Of a stretch of DNA of 16,000 nucleotides, positions 1 through 9,423 are shown piece by piece. A program made the translations under genes and the position numbers. A model generated the notes under the pieces. That model had not been told where the DNA came from. It did no database searches and saw only the letters and a program-made list of their open reading frames with translations. Numbering within the stretch: the stretch's first letter is position 1; each line of letters opens with the position of its first letter. Source of the stretch: Takakia lepidozioides (Eukaryota; Plantae; Bryophyta); the NCBI GenBank assembly GCA_030704615.1, contig JAKLZA010000050.1:1-16000 (forward strand), given 5' to 3'.

Positions 1-3
1 AGG

Positions 4-696
4 GTGCATCAAGTGCAGGCCCAACCAAGAAGAAACAGTGATCAGGACCATTATGGTAGGCCTCGTGGTTATAACAATGGCATGGAAGGGAGAGGTAATT
101 CAAGAGGGAATTACCAAGAAAATTCCACAGGCAACTATCAGGGTAATCCAAGGGGGAATTACCAGCCAAGGAATCAGGACTACAGAAACAATTCCAGAAC
201 AGACCAAGGGCGAGGACCTAATGGGGAAGAACCTGGGTTACTATTGTAATCAGGCAGGCCATCGCAAGGCAGCCTGTCCATCTGGATCAGACACCAGAAT
301 GAGATGAGAGCTCATGTGAATGAGGGGCCAGTGGTGGCAGCTCACATGGTTAGACCATGTGTTGTACCAGAAGTAAGTACAATGATAGTAACGAGAAGCA
401 AAACCAAACTAATACCTCCAGTAGATGAGGAAGATGATGATAATGAAGATGGCAGTGATGTGCCTGAAGATGAGGAGGCTTGGAGATATGAGAAGGAACT
501 GCACAAGGAAGTGGCAGATACCATAAGGGAAATGCAGAAGAGTATTGATATTCCTATGGCAAGATCCTCTGATTCTGAAGAGAAGAGGAAGTGAGTGAGG
601 ATGAAGGGAAGAAAGAAGCTGCAGACATGCAGAGTATGAAGGGACTTGGTGAAGATATGACCAGTCCAACGCGGAGATTACCATTGGACAGCTATT
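4..696 (+). pseudogene. Degenerate LTR-retrotransposon (probably Ty3/Gypsy) gag fragment, truncated at the left end of the DNA transposon
   Basis: An R/G/N/Q/Y-rich low-complexity stretch (ORF 4..249) is followed in another frame by a CX2CX4HX4C zinc knuckle (YYCNQAGHRKAACP, ~238-279). An acidic tract follows, then DQSNAEITIGQLL (~659-697), which resembles the gag-protease linker of such elements. Several frameshifts and stops. Confidence 0.7.
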
Positions 697-698
697 GG

Positions 699-779
699 GG
701 GGGCTGCTATTTCATGAGCCATGAGCCATGAGCGGCATGAGCCATGAGCAGAGTCGTAAGTGTGGAAAAAAACATGAGC
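699..779 (+). repeat. Left terminal inverted repeat plus tandem CATGAGC sub-terminal repeats
   Basis: ctatttCATGAGC-CATGAGC-CATGAGC-gg-CATGAGC-CATGAGC (707-749), with another CATGAGC at 773-779. Confidence 0.85.
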
Positions 780-1200
780 AGCACTATTTTCCGGAAATGA
801 GTGTCCGCGGGAATAGGGTTTAGGGTGCCACGGTCATAGGGGGAGAAGGACCTCCCGATGAAGGAGGTTCGGCAATGTTATTTAGAATTATATATTGAAA
901 GGCAATGTTTCGCGAATGGTAGGGTGGTACTGCTCTGTACCAATGGGGGGCCCATTTCAACCTACCAGCCACTTGCAAATCCACCCACACTCCCAATCCC
1001 AAACGAAATGAGCAATGACGCATTCTAGGAACGATGGACACAGAATAGAATAAAAAGAGGGCACAATGAGGTTTTTATTGATCCACATGAATGCATTGAA
1101 GCACGTCTACTGTGCTGATTGTGCAATCAAATCTTTAGCCCTGTGCCTACTGAATACAAGTCACGTTGTCAATGGGACTTCGACTGCTCTCAGAACTAGC

Positions 1201-1717
1201 TCATGAGTCATGGGGCTCCTCCATGTAAAGTCGATTGCAGCCGTTGTACCGCCTAGTGATGTTCACCACAATGTCTTGCCCTTCATCATACCCCATCGAA
1301 TATGGAAATCTCACGTTTCGTCGTCCACACCAATGCGAATGTCCCCATACAATGGAGAAGAGGAGCGCACTCCTTGAGGATAATAGGTCTCTCCGATGGA
1401 GTCCACCCACGTCCAGTGGCAAGCAGTTCCCCGCAACAGCATAGCAGTGCGCCTTCTTTGCATGGGTGACCGTCGTAGCTGGGAAAATCGGAATCGAGGA
1501 TGCGCAGGAGCCACGGACTCCTCAGACCAAGATCGTCACCCCGCTCGAAGGCGTAGTGGCCTACGATATACTCAAAAGCCACCAATGTTTCCACAATCGA
1601 ACCAGTATCTTCTGTGTAATCTGTGTACCAGATAACAATGTCTCCCGATGTGGCCGAATACATTGCATAATCGATGCCTCCAAATGGGCAGTCGTCCCGG
1701 TTCCGGAAGCACGGCAT
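1201..1717 (-). pseudogene. Orphan cargo gene copy A (unknown protein, frameshifted 3' part)
   Basis: ORF 1286..1717 (MPCFRNRDDCPFGGIDYAMY...GDIVIW...FERG...PWLLRILDSDFPSY). Downstream blocks PLYGDIRI and GQDIVV lie in other frames. All blocks are homologous to copy B at 2239-2789. Confidence 0.6.
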
Positions 1718-1923
1718 CCTTGCAAAGGAGGACCTGAGGACGACTTGGATGCAGATGACAATGACCTTGCGGACAGCTACGAAGCCCTTAGATTTTGGAA
1801 ATGATGCGAAGCGGAAGAGCAGTCCGCCTCCAATAATGGAGCATCTGGGTCCACGTACCCACCGACGGAGGTGGATGACCCCTACATCTTTTCATCAACA
1901 AGTTATAGTTTGAGATCTGCCAC

Positions 1924-1986
1924 CGAAGTCCATCCCCCCGATGGAAATTCGGCGCCGCATTTACATCGAAGAGGGGATGGACTTCG
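1924..1986. repeat. Long imperfect hairpin centred on one copy of the element's palindrome
   Basis: CGAAGTCCATCCCC (1924-1937) pairs with GGGGATGGACTTCG (1973-1986). The enclosed CGATGGAAATTCGGCGCCGCATTTACATCG is itself nearly palindromic. Confidence 0.85.
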
Positions 1987-2238
1987 TCGCCAGTGGCTAT
2001 CGGCCCACCTGGCAGTGATGCCCATAGTTTGCATGGCAGGGTAGGAAACTGAAACGGCTACATTCATGAGCAGCCAATCTTCATCGGTCCAGGATCCTGT
2101 AGGGGGGAAATTTAAATGTGCCCTGGAGTGTTTGTGAGGAATTGCAGCGTTAGCTTGAACTTTTTCCAGCCACCGCGCTGCTCCTCCTCCATCCGGGAGC
2201 TGCTGTCATTGAGCGTACTCCGCTACTCTTTTTCAAGG

Positions 2239-2789
2239 ATGTCGTGCCGCCGAAATCCAGCCGACTGCCCTTATCATGGCCACGATTATGCTATGTTCAA
2301 ACCAGAATCAGGAGACATCATTGTCTGGCTCTCTGTTTTCACAGACGCTGCTGAATCAAGCAAGAGTCTTTGCGCGCAATGGAGTATCTGGAGGGCTATT
2401 ACCGCTTGCTTTGAGCGAGGTGAGGGCGAGGGTCAATGCGGTCCGTGGGTCCTGAAAATTGTTGACCTCGATATACCAAGCTGGAAAGGGATGCCGGACA
2501 GATCACGCACGGCCTCGCTTTGGCGCTGGAACTGCTGCCAGTGGACCAGGGAGGACGGCACCGGGAAAACTATATACGTGCAGATCACTCCGCTCTTCCA
2601 GTGTATGGAGACATTCGGCTGAGTTGCGAAGACGAATCGCACGGGCACATGAGGCCCACAGTGACCTTGTCAATGTATGATGGTGGTATCATTGATGGAC
2701 ATGACATTGTCGTCGCTCCAGCAAGGGCAGCAGAACGACCGAATTGCAGTTTACCTCGAGGTGCCGCAGCAGTGATGAGCTTGTTTTGA
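2239..2789 (+). pseudogene. Orphan cargo gene copy B (paralog of copy A, frameshifted)
   Basis: MSCRRNPADCPYHGHDYAMF...GDIIVW...FERG...PWVLKIVDLDIPSW, then PVYGDIRL and GHDIVV in ORF 2520..2789. Same start context as copy A (ttt-caaggATG). Confidence 0.6.
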
Positions 2790-3075
2790 GGGGTATCGAA
2801 GTTCCGTCGACTTGGTGAAGCCCATGTAGAAGGAGGAAGGGCTTAGTTTTGTCTGCAGTTGGTAAATGTGAGACATCGTGTCCGATCAATAAACCCATCG
2901 TACCTCACTTCTGTGTGATTGTGTTTCATTCTGTTGAATAACTGTCGGAATTGGCCCACTGTTTACAATTTGATGTCTCATTTCTACAATGTGTCTGTCC
3001 GGATGAATATAGCAGAGTAACCGGTATGTGAGTCATGTGTCAAGAATATACCAGAGTAACGCCATGTCGGACATT

Positions 3076-3772
3076 GAAATGCGGCACCGCATTTCCATGT
3101 GGACAATGAAATGCGGTGCATCATTTCCGTCCAGGTACACGAAATACCAACACGGGTCTATAAATTGGACAGACAACGAGGTTGGCATTGCAAATGCGGC
3201 GACGCATTTCCAGCTTGGCAATGGAAACTTCTTTTTGGACAAGGGAATGCGGTGCCGCATTTCCGTCCAACACTTCGAAAAGTGTGACATTTCCGACCAG
3301 CGCGATGGAATGCGTTACCGCATTTCCGTGAGAGGGTCTGCAAATGGACAAATTGCGATGTCCGTTCTGGAAATGCGGCGCCGCATTTCCATGTCCGTCA
3401 TCGACTTTTTTTTACAATGGAATGCGGTGCCAATTTTTGCTGATGGGCCTGCAGTTCGAACAACGACCATCCCCAATATGGAAATGCGGCACCGCATTTT
3501 CATTCCGCCATCTCGACCTCTTGTTCGACCTCCTTGTTCGACCTCTGTAAGCGTGGTGGCATCCATGCAATGAGCGGGAGAGGCCAAAACTGGCGTGTGG
3601 ACAAAGGAAATTTTGGAAATGCGGCACCGCATTTCCAATCGGCCGATTACTTTTTACTATGCCAACATTGAAATGGAAAATTTAGTCCCTCCCCTGTTTT
3701 GGAAATGCGGTGCCGCATTTCCAAAAGAGGTTCTTAGAGTTGCCAAAATTTGGAAATGCGGTGCCCCATTTC
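3076..3772. repeat. Cluster A of ~11 palindromes GGAAATGCGGYRCCGCATTTCC with irregular spacing
   Basis: Copies start near 3076, 3108, 3191, 3244, 3307, 3369, 3419, 3480, 3615, 3701 and 3752. Confidence 0.9.
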
Positions 3773-3909
3773 TGATTTTGGGAGCGTCGTGGTTTGGGCG
3801 ATTGTGTGGCTGGAATGCACACTGGAGAGGGGTCACGAATGTCTGGCAGAATTTCCTTTATATACTCTGGAAGAGAATTTACATTTACAGAGACTTCATT
3901 AAAATTCTA

Positions 3910-6900
3910 TTAATCTTGAAAATCATCCGAATCCTCATCCTGTTCTAGACTGTCCTGCTCCGCCTCCACCCCCTCAGTGCCTTTCTCATCTCCAGCGGAC
4001 TGCTCGTTGGCCAGGCTTTCGAAAATCCCATCTTCCCCTTGCGGAACTGTCCATCTCACCTCCGTTGGGTCGTCTTCCTCCCTGTCTGCGTCGCTCTCAT
4101 CCGCTGAATCACATATGTACTTTCGTACCCGTCTACCTGTCTGAGCTGCTGCCAACTCTTTCCTTATCCTTCTTCTGTCCTCCCTAGCCCTCTCCAAAAT
4201 CTGCTCTACTTTACTGGGATTCTCACTTCTTCTAATCGCTGTATTTGCGAGTTTAGCTGCATAACTAGGAAGGGAGTAGTCCCTCACCGGGCTCGTCATG
4301 AAGTCGGCCCTCGCAAAGAACGGGACATTCTTCCTGGCAGGAAGTGTAGGCCCTACATGTTTCGACCCGGACCCTGCAATCCTGCACATGACAATCATCA
4401 ACGAGACTAATGAGAACCACAGTCGGGAAATTCGTTTGACATAAATGACCCAGAAGGCTTTGCAAACTTACAATGTTTGCACTCACTCGTATTCCGGGTT
4501 CTCCTCCGCATCAATGTCCACTGTGTCTTCCTCGGACTCCGACGAATCCGAGGAGACTTCCGCTCTGTCGGGAGCCTTAACATTCCGTTGCAGCCCTTCC
4601 AGATGGGATCCCCACACGGATGAATCCTCCTCGTAGGCAAAGAGGTGCCGGTCGGAAAACCGCCCAGCCCACATTGAGGCACCTGTTACAATGTCATCCA
4701 CATGGCGCTTCAGATGTTGCGAACTACATCCTAACGAGAATTTGCAGAACAGCATAGATCAAGATTCTGCATACCTGTCCCACAGATGAGGTCGAGCACT
4801 GTGCCCTCCACGTCTGTGCATGTCTCCATAATTGTCTGAATGAAGGCAGGGCTCCGAGTCCGTGAGTACCGCAGGGGTTCCGTTGAAGTGAGGCTATGAG
4901 GGAGAAGTTCCTTGGGAACGTTGTTGAACAGAACGTCGTAATCGAGTGGGTCGCAGTTCGGGTCAACTTTCCTCCCTCCTTCCGGAAAGCAAAGGTGGAG
5001 TTCTCCTTCACAAAGCAGTATGCATCGAACTGCTTCGTCTGCATACACAGGGGAAACGATTAGAAACCGAATGCGGCACCGCATTTGAAAACACCCAAGC
5101 AAATGAATGGACGAGTGCCAGTGTCGTAATCACCTTCTTCCCTTCCGACCGAAGGCCCAGTGTGTTGATGCACGTCCACTTCTTTTTCAGAATCGGGACG
5201 GCGCTCTTGCGGGTCCACTTCGCAATTCCTGTCTGAGTGTTTTTTCCTCTGCTCGCCAGGACAACCACACAGCCTCTGTCGTCCAACACCATGCGGGCAA
5301 GCCCGAATCCTTTCTTCCAAAAGTCCTCCGAGTACCTGTTCCAAGATGGCAAAGCTTGCAGTCCTTCCACAGGCTCTCCGTCCGGAATATCCAAGATGAT
5401 CATATCGCAAGACCACTCGGTGGCATTTCCGCCCCTCCTACAATCCTTGTCTGCACACACCCTCTCAAAGAACGAGACCATATTCTGAAATCCTGGGGTG
5501 TCGGAAGGCTCTTCGGCAGTCGCCTTCTTCAGTGCTCTGCCCTTCAGACCCTCCATGGTCTTCATGTATGCCAACTTGGCTGCCCGTCCATCCAAAGCCG
5601 CCAAGAAACTCTCATTTACACACTGGACTACTGTTTCGGGAGCCACTTTCGGCCTCTTCATTTCCACCGGCTCGAAAGGGTGCCCCCCTGGGGGGTTGAA
5701 GAGTGCCTTCTTTGCCGAGCCAGTTCTCGTGCCTCTCGTGACAACGGTGGGCACAGGGGAGGCAGCCTGCGTTTGGGGGGGTGGGCTGGTTGCAAAGTCT
5801 CCATCGGAGTCCTCTTCCTCACCCTCTTCCTGAACAGGCTGTTTCTGCTTCTTCTTCGTTTTGGCGGGTGTCACAACAGCTGCTCCTTGCTGGCGAGTCC
5901 TCTTCTTCGACCCCTTCTGTTGGGCCTGCACAGCTGCATCCACCGTCTTTTGTGCCATCTCAGCTGCCTTTCTGGATTCTTCCAGAGCAGCAGATTCCTT
6001 TGCCGACTTTGGCCCAGCAGGGACACGTCTTTCCTTTCTCTTCTCTTCTGCCAAGGCGTGCAGATCTTTCTCAGACTCGTCAACAATACCGCCAGACATG
6101 TCCAGGTACCACGGGCATCCAACGAGATGCGCGGGATGCCATTGTTTCTGCATCTCGGGTGTGTAGACACAGCTTGGGCCCGCCACGGTCCAAGCCATGA
6201 AGAACGGGGGCTCTTGAGCCAGGGCCCCTGTCTGAAGGAGCACGTATTTCATATACCTGCAAGGCAGTCAGCATGCGTGAGCAAAAGTTGAGACCAACCT
6301 ACTCGCAGAGTGCCACCGAAAACATAAAATGCGAATGCGGTGCCGCATTCCGAGACAAACCTCGTAACCAGGCTTCGCATACAAGGCAGCTGTGCTTCAT
6401 GTGTAAAAACTCCACGCTCCTTCTTGCTGTCTGTAGCTCTCTGGCGAAAAGGTTGTCCTTGTACGCACATCTGAAACGTGTCACGTAGTCTTCCAATGTC
6501 TGTGTTCCATCCCATTTGACGTACAAGCCGAACGAATTTGTGTGCATTACGACTTGCTCCTTCGCATTCGACATTACCTGCGATTCCCAAATGCATTGTC
6601 ACGTAGCAGTTCAGGGAATTCATGTCAGAAAAGCAAATCTGGGGAAGTACCTTGAATTACCTGGAACCACCAAGTCATACGGTTGAGCCACACATCCACT
6701 GCAGGGTCGGAAACTTCCAGTGGAAAAGACCACATTGTCCTTATGCTCTCGGATGCATTCCAGATCGACAGCCACCGTGTCTGCCATTTCCGATCCAATG
6801 TCAGGAGCTGGAAGAGAGTGGCTATTGCTAGGAAGGAACTTCAGTGCATTGAAACCTCACCTTCTCTTTCGCCTCCACACATGCCGTTGAGAGGTGATGC

Positions 6901-8985
6901 AGTTTCTCCAATTGCATGGTCGGCTGCATGGCCCGAGAATAGTGTTTTGCAATCTCGGGGATGAAGTCCTTTCCAAGTGCCGGATCTGCAATTGCCACCA
7001 GCTTCACAAGCTTTGACTTGTATTTGGTTCTGGACTTGACACCGGCTTCCTTCAAGTGCTCAGTCAATGACTGCAACGTTTTGACCTGCCCCTCACTTTC
7101 CATGAAGAAGCGTTTGGCATGGGCCAAATCCAGCTTGATGTTTGACTGCCAACAAAAACATGCAGAAGCGTTACATTCGATTCATGTGGAAACATTACTG
7201 AAAATTGGGGAAGGATGAGCAGAGGGAATTGGAGGACGACTTACTTCGTATATCACCTCCACCATTCCATCCATAGTGAGACGATACCATGTCCGGTCTG
7301 TTTTTGCAACGGCTTTCTGAATGAGCTCGGGCTCCAGCATTTCCGCAAACATCTGCGGATCAGTGAGACCAGTTTTCCTCACCCTGTACAGCATATGTGC
7401 CATGTGGGTATGCACGTACGCATTCTCAGTGACCCTGCAAGGCACACTCTCCAGTTCAGTACACGGAAGCACGGAAACAAACCAGAATGGAAACCGAAAT
7501 GCGGCACCGCATTTCGAACGTGCTAGGGAGGGTATGAGTATCTTACGAGTTGAGGTCCGCCATGGCATTCTTGAGCAGGGAGGAGTCTGCCGCCTTCACC
7601 TTGAGGATGACACACTCCACCATGTAATGCCAGCCAATGTGCTTGGCATGGTTCTGCTTGATGTACTCCCACCAGGCGAGAAGTCGGTGATTCCCGTCCC
7701 ACACAAAGAACATTTTACCCGACATATGGCCGAAGTCTGGATCACCCTTCAGCGTCGCCTCGAATTCGTCGTTGCGAGTGTGCCAGTGGGTATCCCACGT
7801 TGACAATTCATCGGCAGTGGGTCCACGAGTTTCGCCGTCCTCATTCTCAATGGAAACGTAAAACGCTGCCGATCCCAGACGGTACCCTTCTCGAAATGCG
7901 AACTTGAGCTTATCCACATCTCCGGGAAGGGCCTGCCTGACGATGGGAAGGGAGACCATGCGACAGAGTGGGATTCGAAGAGTCCGCTGGAATACCCTGC
8001 TGCCCAGAACTCTGCCAATGCTACTGTGTGTCTCCTCCAACATTTTATCCGCTGCACTTTTGAAATCCTCCGGAGACATGTCTGTAGGTGCCGGTAGTGG
8101 CTGAGCAGCTGGAGCATCCTCAACTGGAGCTGCACTCTGGGGCCTGTCTGCGGGCAATTCTGCCATTGCAGAGGCCTCCTCCGGGCCTGCTTGCTCATCG
8201 GTGGTGAGGTCTTGCTGCGAACGTTGAGCGGCAGCACCCTCCTCCGGTACCAAATCGAGATCAACGGTCGATCCCATTGCCTTCGCTGCAGCAGAGTCGG
8301 CCCCAACATCTGCAGGCGGGAAATCCTCCAGGAACTGAGCTTCAGCTCGTGGAAGCGGTTTTGCGGGAGATTGTTCGCCCGTCGCCCTGATTGCCTTCTG
8401 CTTCCTCATCCTTGCAGGTGAAGGTGTCTGCTGCAATTGAATCTGTCTTCTACCCTGCTGCTTCATTCGCGTTGGGGGGGGGGTGAATCGGCCTGAGCCG
8501 GTTCAGAAGCCAGTAGAGGGACGGGCTGCTTCTTCTTCGACTTTGCTGGAGAAGGGCCCGACCCCTGCTGGCGATTCTCCATGACCGAAGAACGCGAGTC
8601 GATCTCTGGGGCTTTGAACTTGCCCTTCGAAGACGCGTCTTTGAATCGCACAGGGCTAGGCCCGGCAGGAATACCCGCGCTCGGGGATCGGGTGGGTGTA
8701 CGTGCTGCAGCTAGCTCCTCGGACTCTTCCTGCGGCTCTTCGGATTCCTGCGATCCCTCCAGCACGTCCACCTTTCCTGTTAGGCATGCAAACATGTTCT
8801 GCATTCAAGTCTCCTAGCATTCAGTCTAAGAATTACAGAAGCAAAATGGGGGGTTCGGTGCTCGATCAGCTGCGCGCAGCCCGATCGCATGGAGCTCTCA
8901 CTGGTGGCTGGGTTGCCTGAGTGGCCTGCTGCTCGGAGATGGCAATCTCCTCCTGTAGACGCATCTGCTTCCTCCCCTTCGGCAT
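3910..8985 (-). CDS. Multi-exon gene: low-complexity N-terminus, ParB/Srx-like (DGNHR) domain, and C-terminal beta-class N4-cytosine/N6-adenine DNA methyltransferase-like domain
   Basis: Approximate exons (minus strand): 8985-8902, ~8798-7547 (frameshift in the G10 run at 8474-8483), 7434-7245, 7145-6861, 6780-~6651, 6577-6361, 6256-5134, 5038-4775 (probable frameshift ~4965-4985), 4682-4487, 4381-3910. Introns are GT-AG, ~70-115 nt. Motifs: FFVWDGNHRLLAW; CDMIILDIPDG (motif IV-like); RSPAFIQTIMETCTDVEGTVLDLICGT|GASMWAGRFSDRHLFAYEED (motifs X-I-II across an intron). Some junctions (first acceptor, 6650-6660 donor) are uncertain. Confidence 0.75.
4600..5410 (-). other. Amino-methyltransferase (N6_N4_Mtase, beta order) domain region
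   Basis: The catalytic-type strand DMIILDIPDG (~5378-5407) lies N-terminal to the SAM-binding VLDLICGTG (~4775-4799), followed by a helix and an RHLFAYE strand. This is the motif order of beta-class MTases (consensus VLDPFxGSGTT..A....R..IG.E.D). Confidence 0.75.
7600..7985 (-). other. ParB/Sulfiredoxin-like N-terminal domain
   Basis: RIPLCRM...VRQALPGDVDKLKFAFREG...FFVWDGNHRLLAW...VECVIL; DGNHR at 7684-7698. Confidence 0.7.
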
Positions 8986-9423
8986 TGGCCTACGTCCGAA
9001 GTATAATTTCCGGAGCTTGCGACGAGGTCTCCTGTCTGGTGCACGAACTCCCCCCCTCTCAGGTTCGAGCATAAGAAGAACAGAGAGAGGGAAAAGGGGC
9101 AAAGAGTGCAGATGGAAAGGGCGCGAGAGGGGTGACTGAGGAGACACGACAAAAGTAGATGAAACGGCGGTGATGCACCACTTGGGTTCGAAAGGGTTGG
9201 ACGAAAGTGTCTCCTCGTGGAGTTTGCGTCATTACGAAATTCGAATCGTTCAGGGTACGCCTGCCGTCCGAAAAACAAACATCATTATCCAACGGTCAGG
9301 CCGCGCCGCCTCATGCCCCTTCAGTCAGATAGAGTGCCGACATGTGCAGCAATTCCGTTGCTCCACGTGTTCACATTTCAAGGCATTTCCGTCCCAGCGT
9401 CTGATGAGTTGGAGCGAAAATGC

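Noticed and set aside
820-1041. 73-aa minus-strand ORF near the left end
   Set aside because: Short, with no homology or motif that I can recognise.
1466-1804. 112-aa plus-strand ORF
   Set aside because: Antisense to orphan copy A, whose strand is supported by paralogy with copy B.
5107-6291. 394-aa plus-strand ORF and other plus-strand ORFs between 4445 and 8920
   Set aside because: Antisense shadows of the ParB-MTase exons, with no recognisable motifs.
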